Source of the DNA: Phyllosticta citribraziliensis | Taxonomy: Eukaryota | Direction: 5' to 3' | Length of the DNA: 64,000 bases | NCBI RefSeq assembly: GCF_038025025.1 | Contig: NW_027117338.1 | Span: 930,001 to 994,000 of the forward strand | Shown here: piece after piece, positions 47,009 to 59,894 of the stretch | Layout of the letters: every line of letters begins with the position of its first letter | How positions within the stretch are numbered: position 1 is the first letter of the stretch | Notes under the pieces: generated by a model | What the model saw: the letters and a program-made list of their open reading frames with translations, nothing else | Told to the model about the DNA's origin: nothing | Databases searched by the model: none | Translations under genes and position numbers: made by a program

Positions 47009-48157
47009 GGTCATGGTTTTTTCTTTCGTTCCAGCAAAGGCGCCGGGTACGGTAGAGCTTGGGTTTAGGTCGGCTTCGGAGTTCATGGTCAAGGAATCTG
47101 GGGTTTCGTGCGAGTTCCACATGGTCACCTATCGATACCATTAGCGGCAGCAGATCGCCAGCAATTCTCACGTCCGCATCTTCACAAGGCGTTATCTGCT
47201 GGCTTTCCCATCTTCTTTCCGCAGTCTGCACCTATCGGAGTGCTTGCCTGCCACTGCTCACTTGTCAGTACCTCAGCCCTACCCGCTGCGACAAGACGGA
47301 TTGACAGGGTCTCGACATTGGCAACTCTTGGCCATGCGCCACCACAGTAGGTGTCTAAAGAAATGCGACAGACCTCCTGGCCATATGAGCGCTCTCAAGG
47401 AGCATTCATCTGCTGCTACAGTCGCGCTTAGGGAGCATTTATTCACTGCTGCATCCAGATCCAGGGAGTCTCGTTTCTTTCTACAACCATTGTGCCGCGA
47501 CCGGCTGCCAACTTCATCGCCAGATGGCAGGTGACATTTCGCCGTTTGTTCGTCAATCGTTTCGATGCGCGCCGTAGACGCTGTGGCACTGTGACTCCAG
47601 TATCTGTCGCCACCTCGGGCCGCGCGTATACCGACGAGGCCGAGATGCTTCAAACATCTCGGAGCTTCTGCAAAGGGCTCGATGCGCGAGACTATCACAG
47701 GGTCGAAATATTGAGGCACAGCTTGCTTTGCAAATACTATTAGGCCTATCATCCTCGGTTCTGCGCGGCATACGCTCTCGAAGGCCCAAAGACCAGGAAC
47801 CTTTGCCGGGGACGTGCCACTCGTTGGCAAAACTGCCAAACAGAGATTTACAGACCCACTCCTCCACGCTCTCTTACCTGAGAAAAACTCTGCTCACCCG
47901 AGCTTCAAGGACCCAACGACGGAGCTCACGGACTTCATGATGGCATCAGACCAGGTTTTAGTCCAGTCTCTCACGACTTTTCCCGCCGCCTCTTTTTCGC
48001 GTTATAGTCATTCGTGTCCGCGTCTGTGTCTTCGACTCACAAGCTCCCGTTTTCAATTCCTACCACCACCACCATAGCTGCGAAGCAGTTCCACCGTCAA
48101 GCTGTTGCCAGTCCGTAACTGCTAGGTCCCGCCAGACGCGTTCGCGTACCCGCCAGC

Positions 48158-49985
48158 ATGGGAGCGTACGATGAGAAGGGCGCCGACGCCATCGCCAATT
48201 CCACACCCACCAGCAAGACCGGCGCTGCCGATGGAGCTCACGAGTTCCCCGGGAGCGAGGGCTCCTCTACCCAAGATCTGGAGAAGCAGGGTCCCGACTC
48301 GTCACATGAGCTCAAGAGAAACCTCAAGAGCCGCCACCTCCAAATGATCGCGATAGGTGCGACTGTCTGGCACATAGAGCTTCCCTGCAATTTCTAATCC
48401 GAGCACAACGCAGGTGGTACCATTGGAACGGGTCTCTTCATCGGTAGCGGCGAAGCCATCGCGGAAGCTGGACCGGCCGGCGCACTCATCGCATACGCTT
48501 TCATCGGAACCATTGTATACTCGGTCTGCGTCTGCCTTGCTGAAATGGCAACATACATCCCCGTCTCCGGCGCCTTTTGTGTATTCGCCGCACGCTTCGT
48601 CCACCCTAGTCTTGGTTTTGCCATGGGCTGGATCTACTGGGTATCATGGGCCCTGACCTACGCTCTCGAGCTCACTGCGGCCGGTTTGATCATTCAGTAT
48701 TGGGACAAGGACCTGTCAATTGCCATATTCATCGCCATTTTCTGGGTCGCAATCACCGCCATCAACTTCTTGCCTGTGCGCTTTTATGGCGAGCTCGAGT
48801 TCTGGTTTGCAGGCATCAAGGTCCTCATGGTCATTGGATGTGAGAATCCCTCTCGGCGACGCTTGGCTTCTGGCGCTGACATTTTGTAGTCACCATCTTT
48901 GCTATCTGTGTCGACGCTGGCGTTGGCAAGAACGGCTACATGGGCTTTTCCACGTGGTCCAATCCCGGTGCTTTTGCGCCCTACCTTGTCACATCAAACG
49001 ACTCCACCGCCAAGTTTGTCGGATTCTGGGCTGTCCTCATCCAGGCCGGCTTCACGTACCAGGGTACGGAGCTGGTTGCTATTGGTGCTGGCGAGACAGG
49101 TGAGTCTGCGCAAGACACTTTCTTAGGATGACACTGACCAGTCATGAAGCCAACCCCCGCAAGACCGTCCCGTCGGCGATCCGTAACACCTTTTGGTCCA
49201 TTCTCCTTTTCTTCATGGCCATCATCTTCTTTGTCGGCCTTCTCGTGCCCTACGACAACGAGGGTCTCCTCAGCCAAGGCAACGACGCCTCCAGCTCGCC
49301 GCTCGTCATTGCTGCCCAGCTCGCCGGAGTCAAAACGCTGCCCGGAATCATCAACGGCGTTCTCCTGACTGTCGTCTTGTCCGCCGCCAACGCCAACGTC
49401 TACTCGGGCAGCCGCATGATTATCGGTCTCGCTGATGCTGGTTGCGCGCCAAAGTTCTTCACAAAGACAACCCAGGGCGGTGTGCCGTACTGGTCGGTCG
49501 CCTTCACGGCGTCCATTGGGCTGCTGGGCTTCATGAACCTGTCATCCACCGGTGGATCCGTTTTTGACTGGTTCCAAAACATCTCCGGAGTGGCCGGGTT
49601 TATTTCATGGGGATGTTGTTGCTGGTGCCAGATCGCCTTTATGCGCATCCTCAAGGCGCGCGGCATCAGCCGCCAGTCCCTCCCCTACATTGGCAGTCTG
49701 CAGCCCTTCACGGCGTGGTACGGTCTCTTCTTCAACGTCCTCATTATCTTCACGCAAGGATTTACCGCCTTCATGCCATGGAACACGTCCAATTTTTTCG
49801 TTGCGTACATTTCGCTCATCCTCTTCGCCGTCCTCTTTGTCGTCCACATGCTCGTCACCAGGAGCAAGTTTGTCAACCCTGCAGAGGCCGACATCGATAC
49901 GGGCCGCCTGCAGCCCGAGACGGAGGTATGGGAGGAGAGCAGCGATTCCTTCTTTTCGCGGATGAAGAGCAAGATTCGGGGTTGA
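48158..49985 (+). CDS. Amino acid permease (APC/YAT family, Can1/Dip5/Put4-like)
   Basis: LKRNLKSRHLQMIAIGGTIGTGLF, YGELEFWF, YQGTELVAIGAGE, NPRKTVPSAI; three introns. Confidence 0.95.
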
Positions 49986-50637
49986 GGCGAGGGACTTTTG
50001 CGGCGTTTGATACTCTCCTACCTTTTCATATTTCTCAGTCCTGTCTTGAGATGATGACGCTCATGTACGGCGGTGTAATGATTTGATTGGACGCAACCAA
50101 AAAAGGGGAACGGTTTCGGAAGCTTTCAGGGCAACGCAAAACTGGGGTTGGTTTTGGCATTTCTACGGCGTTTTCACCTTATTACATGATCGCACGTAAT
50201 GGCGGCAAAAATAGACGTCGACTACTTCACATCATCGTCAGTACTGTCAGAGCTAACTCCATGCTTTGAAGAACCAAGCATAGATTTGTAGTGTAGTCGG
50301 TGATGGTGGAGATTTGGGTGATTGGCTAATTGGGACTAGCGTGGTCGGTGTGGCCATCGCGACGCACCACCCTACTATTTCTACTCCACCTGAACTCGTC
50401 CTATTGAGGGGAAGCCTTATTTTCCTACTCTCCCGTGACCATGTGCGCCTGAAGTAAAAGAGCATGTGTCCAGGCAAGGAAACTTTTTGATTTACTCCAA
50501 GGGTATTTTGTAATCCGACCCAGAGAAGAAGCACTTTTTGTGGGTATCATACCGAAGACCCAATCCCATACATGGACGGCGAAGGTCCATGAAAGGGCAA
50601 TGTGAAAGGAGGTGCAGCGTCAATGTCTAGCCAACGG

Positions 50638-52035
50638 CTAATCCAAGCCCTTGAACTTCATGACGTGCTGTCCGCCGGAGCGGTCCTTGCCCTTGCCCCT
50701 CTTCCTCTTCTTCTTGCGCTTCCTTCCGCCTTCGTCATCGCTGCTGTCGCTGTCCTCACTGTCCTCGTCATCGTCGCTGTCCATATGATGCTTTTCGGCG
50801 CCCGCCTCGGCATCCTCCTCGTCTTCGTCCTCGTCGCCGATCTTCTCGTGCCAAACCTTGATGACTTGGCCTCCGCCCGTGATCAAGCGGCCGCCGACAT
50901 CAACACCAATGGCAACGACGCCCTCGCCCTGTTCGTCGTGGCTGATTTCGCCAATGACCTTGTTGGGGCCGACATCGATGAAGCGCACCAAGCCGTTGCC
51001 CAAGCCGACGGCGACGACCTTGCCCGGCGCGCCCACGCCCTCTGGAAGCAGCTCCATGACATCGAGGCTCTCTCCTCCTCCTCCGCTTGCTACGGCCGAG
51101 TCGCGGTCGACGATGATGCGCTCGTCCTGGTCATCCCACACGCCGCGCTCCCACAGCGTGACGACACCGCTGGCAGTACCGACCACCAGCTTCTCGCCCT
51201 GGCTCGTACCCTTCTTCGGCAGACCTCCCACGTACGTCGAGCTCAGCAGCTCCTCTTCTTGATCTTCGCTTCGCACCAGCACGCCGCGGCGCAGGTCCGT
51301 CACCGCCAGCGTCGAGCCGCCCGTAGTCACCCATTGCTTGCTGAAACCGCTAGTCGAGGCCGCCGTCGGCGCGAGTGGTGTGAGCGAGGAAATGTAGTCG
51401 TCGTGCGGTCGGTGTGTGGCTTGCGCGCGCAGCGAGGGGAAGGTGTGGTCCTCGCGGAGGTCGTAGAGGTGAAGCGCAGACGAATCGCCGGCGAGGAGGA
51501 GGGTCTGAGGCGAGAGAGCGTGCAACAGACACGGTGCGTCAATGTCGGTGCCGCGCATTCTGCATTTGACATTGTCAGTTTTTCCATTTTCCAGCCTCTC
51601 CCCGGACACTTTTTTTGGTCTTCTTTTCTTCTTCGCGGGTGTTTCTGAGACTTACCCGGCTCTTGGAACATTGATCTTCGACAGCACTTGGCCCGTCTCG
51701 CTGTCCGCCGCCTTCACCAATCCATCTGTTCCCGCGGAATACAGCGCACCTCCATCGGTGCTATACGTCAGAGTGCGGCAGCTGCCCTTGTGTCGGCGAG
51801 TCCTCCAAGTCGTCTCAATCTGTCCGAAACCGTTCTGCGCCGCGAGCGCGCTCACGTCGTTGTCGTCGTCATCGTCACCATCTTCGCTCGAGTCGTTGCC
51901 GTGCGCCACGGGCGGAAGTCGAAAGGTCTGAACGTGACCGCTGGACAGGCCGACGGCGACCAGTGGCTCCGACGAGTGGACAGCCTGCGCAAAGACGTCT
52001 GCGCTCAACGGCAGGTTGCACACCGTGTCGAACAT
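50638..52035 (-). CDS. JIP5: WD40 protein Jip5/WDR55 (ribosome biogenesis)
   Basis: [51 protein letters not shown], acidic/basic tail ending FKGLD; one intron 51655-51560. Confidence 0.92.
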
Positions 52036-52739
52036 TGGTGTGGGTGGTACAGGCAAGAATGCCGACGCTTTTGCTTGTCGTTTGCGGCGTCTGCTGCTAA
52101 ACCCCGTCCAGGAACGGAATGCGAACGGAAAGCTGGCGGGTAAGGCAAGGCAGAGCCTGGTCCCACCACCAACGGGTTGAGTTCGGAAAGCTGATTCGTC
52201 AATGCCCGAGCAAGGATCTGCTCACGTGGAATCGTCTTGGCTTGACGTCAACCTTATTTCGACATCGTGAGGTCGGCGGTGATGATGAAAGTGGTCGAGA
52301 GTTGTCGTCGCAAGAGCCTGGGAGAGAGTTTGGTTGGGAGCCAGGTTTTGTGTCCGGATCCTTCCACGACGACGACTAATCGCTTTGTTCCGCCGAGACC
52401 ACACGCATGCAGCCATTCACAAGGACATCCGTTCGTCCATCATCTTGGAGAGAGCCTACTCATCATCAGTGCAATTCCATGCTTGCGGCTTCATCTATCG
52501 ACTGGAAGAATCTCTCAATTCTACCATCGCCTCGATTGGAAGGTACCCAGGGGTAACAGGAGCTTCAACCTGGATTCTCGCTGGAGCAGCGGCTGGACAT
52601 TCGAGCTGGATGTACTACGCAGAATCATCCCTGATTGACAACCTTTTGAACCCATTGATTTGTCGAAACGATGTCTACACCGCATCCCGAATGGATCAGG
52701 AGACAGATTCTGTCAATTGACTTGCTGCTATCCACCACT

Positions 52740-54827
52740 TCAACCGCTAACCTCTTGTTTCTCATCCAACACTTCCTCCTTTTCCACTGTCGCCGCATCG
52801 ACTGACCGGCCACGCACCAAGTTGTCTAGTCCAACTTGTCGATTGACCTCCCTCATCCGCTCCTTATCAGCCTCGGCCGTACCCTCGCTACCAAACAGAA
52901 TGTCCATTTCCTCCAGCGTAAGCTCTTTGGTCTCAGGGACGACAAAGTAGATGCTACAAAGGTCAGTGATGATTTTCACAATGAACAGGATGACTTACAA
53001 CGCAGCACCGCCGAAGGTCAAAAGTCCAAAAAAGATGTAAGTGCCGTACGTAATCCCCGTTAGCATGTCCGGAGTGATTTGGCCTTGATTATTTTCTGTC
53101 AGCAGAAATATTCTGGTGGATGAGCTTACTTACCAATGATAAAGTTGTTCATCCAGTTGCTACTCGCACCTAGAGCAATGCCATACGGTCGATTCGAGAG
53201 CGGCCAGATCTCAGCAATGAGAATCCAGGCACATGGACCCCTAGCTCAAGCCATTAGTTTCGTCGTGCGGTCAACACATGAGCAAAAACAGACCAGCTGT
53301 ATCCAAAGTGCACCACAAACAGCCAGACCATGACTACCGCAGCCCAGCCCGCTGCTCGGTGAGAAGGCCAATCGTCCTGATTCTTGGCGACAATAACCGC
53401 GATGATTATGTGGCAAGTTGCCATACCAATGGCCCCGACAATGAGGACCGGCTTCCGCCCAAGTTTGTCGACATACATGACGGCAGGTATGGTGGCCAAG
53501 AACATGACGATGCCGACTACGCCCGTCGCGAGGAGCGACACCGAGTTGGACGACATGCCCAATTTGTTGAAGATTTGAGGGGCGTAGTACAAAATCGCAT
53601 TGATGCCTCGGCCAGTCAGTACGTCCTCGGAAGAGTCTTTTGGCGAATGGAGCACTCACCGGTCCACTGCTGGAAGAACATGGTCACCGTTGCGCAAATG
53701 ACGCGGTAGAACATGGGCTTTGATTGAAACAGAGATCCGATTGCGACCCATTGCCTATGGCAAATTAGCACCGAGAAGAAGACAATGAGAGATTTGAGGG
53801 GACTTGCAGTTTGAACACATTCCACGCCGTCGGCTGCGACAGGTGGGGAAACTTTTCCGCCAGCGTCCTCTTCTCAAACAGACTCTGCGCGCGGATCTCA
53901 GCAAACTCCAACTCGATGAGCTCGTGATCCTGTGGCAGGCTGCGTAGTTGCGCCAAAATCCTTCTGGCTTGAGGTTCCTTTCCGTGGTGGACCAGCCAAC
54001 GAGGACTGAAGGGCATGAATATCATGCCGACACCCAGCAAGACCGCAGGAACTACTTGGAGCGAGAGCGGAAGAAGCCACGCCGCTTGGTGCTGGCCGTC
54101 GCCTGTGCCGCCGATGTAGTTGCAGCCGTAGTCGATCCAGAAGGACACCATGATTCCCAGGGTGATGGAGAGCTGCTGCAAGCCGACAAGCGCGCCGCGG
54201 ACTTCAGGGGGTGCGATTTCAGCGTTGTACATGGGGACGACCATGGAGAGCGCTCCGACGCCCATACCTTTACGCCGCGTCAGTGAAGTAGGCCAAAACC
54301 AGCGTTCGAGAAGAATCACTTGCCGGTAATGAATCTCCCTCCGAGAATGGAATGTTGGATTCCACCTGCAGCCGCCGTCGTCTGGATGATGACGCCGACA
54401 ACGAATATTCCGACATTTATCAAGATCGTATATTTTCTCCCAAGTACCTCGGCCAGGAAACCACTATACAGCGTCCCAAACCAAGCTCCAAGCTCCAGGA
54501 TGCTGGTCAGCCAGCCCATCTTCGTGGAATTTTCGTCGCCGGTCCAATCGGGCAAAGCTGCGCCGCGTCAGAAAAAAGTTCTTCGCCTCGAGCTCAGGGG
54601 TTGCGGTCAGATGTCGCACTTCTGTCAAACGAGTTCATGGTCAAGACCCCGCTGAAGACTCCCTGATTGTAGCCGTATAGGAGCCCTCCCAGACACGCGA
54701 AGCATGCTATCCCAAATACTTTGAGGTTCTTCAGTAGCGCTAGCGGACCGGTCGAGCCTGAGAGCTCCTGCCGGCGGGTGAGCGCCGCCGAGTCGAACTG
54801 CGCGGTTGTGCCACCTGCTGGTGCCAT
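52740..54827 (-). CDS. Sugar porter (MFS), probably a pentose/xylose transporter of the XltA/XtrD/STR1 type
   Basis: GGLLYGYNQG, PMYNAEIAPPEVRG, PFSPRWL, FFQQWTGINAILYYAP, VDKLGRK, PETKELTLEEMD; multi-exon. The subfamily call is from recall. Confidence 0.9.
53755..53807 (-). other. GC-AG intron in the sugar transporter
   Basis: CT|GCAAGT...CTAAT...TAG|G is the only nearby donor giving the required phase 2 (VFKL-QWVAIG). Confidence 0.88.
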
Positions 54828-55070
54828 GGTGGACGTGTGCAATAGTGCAGCAAATCACTCAGTGTAAGTGTTCTTTGGGCACTGATTCAAAATTCAAGTC
54901 GGCTGCGAGCCAGGATGATGAGCCTGCCAGCTTTCCTCCATCGCGTCCGCCGCGCCGACAGCACAGAGATATATATCAGTCACGACAGACGAAAGACGAA
55001 CGCTGTGCCGGAGCAACAACGACGTGAGCTGCTGAGCTCCTCCCTGCGAGTCGACCAGTCGCACCCGCTG

Positions 55071-55078
55071 CGGCTAAA
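55071..55078. promoter_or_regulatory. XlnR-like site CGGCTAAA upstream of the sugar transporter
   Basis: Matches the GGCTAA/CGGNTAAW consensus ~245 bp upstream of the ATG; TATA-like GATATATATC near 54968. Confidence 0.5.
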
Positions 55079-56449
55079 TTGCTCGGGTATTATGCCGGGG
55101 GGCGGCGGGCACGCTGATGGCCAGGCTACCTCCCTACCTGCTTGCCTGCGCCGAAAGACGCGCTGCGGCGCGTTACCTGGAGGCGAGGCGGCCGTATCTG
55201 TCAGACGCGTGGCTTGAGGGATCGCTCGTGCGGGGAAAACGTGGACTTTTGGCAGAACGCTGAAGCGGGCGTGCCCCCCGTCGTGACTTGTGATCGTGAC
55301 TTGCGTCGCGCTGACCTGGTAGCCCTATCGACTGTTTCTGCTCGGACTTAACTGACTGAGCTCGCTCTGTCGGACGGACAGGCGTGCTGTGTAAATTTTC
55401 AGTTTCCTGTTCTTCAAAAAAGTCTTTCGATCCTTTTCGTCATCAAGTTTGGGCGTCTGCCTCGCAGGCATTGGATGCTCTCTGTTGAGCTGTACAGAAT
55501 TCCCTGTCCCACTCATTCATGTTGTGCCAGTGTACCGCTGCTCTTTGCACAATGGCGAGTTTCCCAGCGGACTGGATGTGTGTCTCTTGGGTGCTTCCAA
55601 CATGTGACGGGCCCAGAGGAACCACTTGATTGAACTATCGGGATCACTGTTTGAATTCGAGGTATGCTGGAGGATATCTACGTCTTAATTGACCAAAATT
55701 GATGCGCCACTCACTCTCATAGCTGTGGAAATCAGCTTGGTGTTTGCCACACGGCCTTGTGAAAAGCAATGTCGGCCCAGAGTGAAGGTGCAACCAACAC
55801 CGTGTGCGTTGTCAACAACGTCATGTCCACACTGGCACTGGGGACATACAGCTCACAGTAATCGTGGTTGCATCAGTCGGTACCGGTAGTAAATGCTTGG
55901 CCTACCTGCCAGCTTGGTTCTCGTAAGACACCACTTGTTCTTCTGGGAGTCTGGGAGCCTCGTTGGAACTTGCTTCAAAACAAGTCGTCAAGACCTCAAA
56001 TTAAGCTGTGTTTGTGGGATTTTTAGTGCGACTAGAAGTGGAAGATATGGGTGGTTTAACGCGGCTTCTATTAATTCATTGCCTTATCGTTGGAACCCAA
56101 ATGACCTCCAGCTCCTCCAGCTTTGAACCGCCGCTATCTCTGCCCGCCGGTCAAGTCAATCGAATCATCCTGATACGCCGAAAGGGCAGTCAAATCAAGT
56201 ACCTCCTCCTAATCTGATGAGAAGCCAGCCAAATCAACCGCGGTATTCTGGAACACTGGGGTCCTGTGGGAACCCCGGGAGTCATCTGGAAGTGCACAGA
56301 GGCTCCGAGGAGACGCGCTTTGAAATCTGTGAGCGTGTCGGGGTCCTTCCAGTTGTCAGGATTTTCTGAGCCGCCGTGTCGTTCTCATCGGACTCAGGGC
56401 TCATCATATCTGCCGCGAAAGGGCTGTTCAAATTAGCGACGTCATTCTG

Positions 56450-59445
56450 CTAGATCGGAATCTTCTGGGTACGCACCATAGACCTCTTCTTCACGTGTGT
56501 CTCCTGAGCCGTAGTAGCTATCGGCGCCGACCAAGGAGCTTGGCGCAGTGGGAGGGTTTTCTCAGCTGTGTCTTGCAGAGGTGCCGTAAAGTCCTGGCGG
56601 ATCGTGCTATCTTGATCGGCCCTCCTCAACGACTGTCCCGAATGTCAGTCCTTGCTTTCTCTCAAAGATTAGACTACTGCTTACAGGTCTCAACAATTGA
56701 ATGTCTCTCAGCTGTCGATTCTCCGTCATCAACCGTTCAACATCTCCCGGAGTGGGAGCCCGTGGCGAGACCGCAACCTCGTCCGTTGCAATCTGTGGGT
56801 GGACTGCCCGCATGAACACTTCAAGGCCAGACGGCTCTTCCGGCTCTGGGGGCTTGGGGGCACCGTATTTCTTCTTGAGTTCATCTCTCTTGGCCATGGC
56901 CCGCGCAAGGTCGGGGTCTCTTTTGTTGACGGCTGTTTCGGCAGGGTTCTTGGGTGTGGTCTTTTCGGGCTTGCCCGTAGGCGTCTTGGGCGTGCCTACA
57001 CACATCTTGGGTCAGACGAAGCTAGGGAGAGACTGCGAAGATGCAGATGTGGAAAGGTACGGCGAAGTGGTATGGATTATTACCTGGCTTTTGTTTGCCA
57101 TTGCCTGGTTTGCCAGCGCCTGGTCTGGAACCCTCTGGTGGCGTGTTTTTCTTGCGGGGAACGGTTTCCTTCGATTTTGATTTGTCTCCTGATGTTGCTA
57201 GAACTTGTTTAGAACCCACACCGCCAAGTGTAAGAGAAAGACTCACTTGGCACTTCGCTTTCTTCCTCCCTTTCATTCGGCGGAGGCGTCGGGTCTGGGA
57301 ATAACGCTGTTGAAGCTTGTTTAGATATTTGGTCACACAGAGAAGGGAAGAACGCTACCGCCATACCTTTGTCATTCTTGGAGGGCGGGTTGGTGCTGAC
57401 ACCTCCTCCCCTGAAAGCTTTCATGGACTGTGGGAGGGATAAGTCATCTGAAGTCTTTTTGAAGAGTGTGCTGTACTCACAACGACGTTGTTTCCCTGCC
57501 AATCCCCGTTTTCCCATTTTGAAGGAAACAGAAAAACGTGTCGTTCACGCTCGCGCCTCAGGCGGCCAACACTCATGTAAGTTCGGAAGGTTGCTGGGGC
57601 GGTTTTTATGGAAATTGTCTGCCGTACTGGACCTTCTCCTTCAAGAGTCTGCATGACGACCTGTTGTTCCATACGATTGACCCAGTCGTCTCCGAAGACT
57701 TCTGCTGCCAGTTTGAGGAATCTGTCACGAGGGGGCCCCTGACGATCAGACCATACGAATAATCGTGTCTCTGTTCTATCGTTCACAAAGGATTGGCCGG
57801 TGTATTTCCTGCCATCGTAGAGCTTGACAATCAAGACACCTTTGGCTTGGTTGGCCCCTTTGGCCCCTTCCTGGAGCAAATCTGCTTCGCTACTGATGGA
57901 GGTTAGCCGATTTTTATTTTTCTTGACGGAGGGAGAAACTCACGCTGGATACGTTCCATCGTCTCCTTTGTTTCCTTCGGCTTTTTTGTTTCTACCGGCT
58001 CTTCTGCTTACGTGTTCCTCCTCCTCCTCCTGTTCTTCTTCTACGTCGTTGGATTCCATTTGAAAGGGCGTCCAGCTAGCAATCTTTGTAAGGAAATCTG
58101 AAGCCCCGCTGTGGGGTTCATAGCTGCCAGCTTGCTTTGATGATGGTGGGCCAGGTTTCCCAGGCGGGACGGGTGCTGCGAGAGCCTCGTGCGTAATTCT
58201 GTGATCGTCGCTGGTCCATGGCTCGTCTCCATTCCACGTCACATTCTCTTCAAAGGCCAAGCAGGCCAGCTTGTCAGCGACAGTCAACATGGACGTCTCG
58301 CAGCTGGGCGGTCTGTTCGGATAAGTGTTGTGGTTCAGTTCCAGTCCTGGGCGCACGAATCTGGCGAATAGAGGCTGGTTGTAGCGCTCAAGCGTTAGCA
58401 TGGTCGCGGCCAGGCCGTTGGTCCAGATTTGTCGGTTGTAAAAGTCTACAAGACGGGTCCTTCTTTCGTCTGGATCCTCTTCCCGGTTTTCTGGATCCTT
58501 CTCGCCCCTTCTATGCAGATAATCTATCCCAATCGTTTTGTCAATCTCGTTATCAACGTCCATGTTATCGTTGCCGTACAGGTAAAACGCAGGACTGGAA
58601 TGTCGTGGAGGAGTGAAAGGGGCCATGGCTGCTGCGTCGTCATCGTCTTCGTCGATGTCCATTTCCTCTTCCGCACCTGGCAACCAGCCCCAAGACTTTG
58701 CAAAATCTGAATCACGCCATTTCGAAGCGTTTGCGTCTGCTCGGTGGAGCGAGTTCCTCTCCTGCCGCTTTCTTCTTTCCTCGAGTTGGTTTCTTCTTTT
58801 GAGCCGCCGAAACGTGTGCGATCTGTCCCGCTCTAGCTTCGCAAGTTTCTTCCGTATTTTGTACGCATCGGCCCAACAGTGGTAAGTCGGAACATCTTCT
58901 CCTGGCCGGGTGAGGAACCAGAGCGTAGACCTGGGTGTTATGGCTGCCAAGGCCTTTGCTTCATCTTCCTCGGCCAAGTCTGTTCGCAGGAAGTACTCTT
59001 GAAGTTCGTGATTGCGGTCGGTTGCATCTTTTGGACCGATTTCGTACAGGCGCACGCCGAACCACACCTCGCCATTTGAGCGGACAACATCATGCTCGCA
59101 TCTGGAAGCCTCCGTAATTTCGAAGTACCAAGGAATAACGCGGTCTTGACGTATGACTATCGCTTCTGCGTATCCCTCGGGATCCTTAGGCTGTGGAATA
59201 TGTGGCGATGGAGGCAGTTCCACGATCCTGCTGTGCTCGACGAGGTTTCTGCCCGACGTCCGTCTGGCTGTAAGTCGTCTGCTCTCACGAACTTTGCCAG
59301 GTAAAAGAGTGCGCATCTCAGCCTGGGTGATGATGCCCCAGGGAACAGGAGTGTAAATGGTGGAGTTTTCGGGATAAGTAACTCGATACAGCCGTCGGAG
59401 GCGCGGTCGACAAGCCTGAGTCTCGTTTTCCATCTTGGACACCAT
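56450..59445 (-). CDS. Large multi-exon hypothetical (orphan) protein; 3' end uncertain
   Basis: The 501-codon ORF splices in frame (GC|GTGAGT...CTAAC...CAG) to ~57892-57481 and then to several further exons with canonical sites down to ~56450. Confidence 0.6.
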
Positions 59446-59894
59446 TTATCCAGAAATAAGATGCAGAGTAGCTACCTGTATTCAAGTGAGTGCACAGGAT
59501 GGGCGCAAAAGATTTGCGGCACGTATTTGACATGCGCAGCATCAAGTCCGGACAAGGACAGAAGGCCCTCGGCAGCTCGGTCGATCTGTATAATGAGAAT
59601 TGCGAGGAGCAAGACAAAGAATATGAGCGAGACGATACCGTTTGCGGACAGTTGTTGTAAAATCCATTGTTCCCTGGGCATTAGAGGTGCCAAGCATAAA
59701 GAGCTCCCAAGCAAACTCCAACTCCTAATGCCGAATGCGTAGTGCCACACGCTTTAGTACACAATATCCACAAGTCCCGCAATCACCTTGTCGTACACAT
59801 GAGCGTCTATGGCCAATGTTGGAAACTGTGGGAGAATTTATTAAATCTGCTCATCGGGCAAGGAGGCACGAAGGAAGCAGAACGGGGGTCAAAC

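Noticed and set aside
59472..59750. 92-aa hydrophobic minus-strand ORF
   Set aside because: It lies just downstream of the glutaminyl cyclase gene and I could not splice it convincingly to the 59445 ORF.
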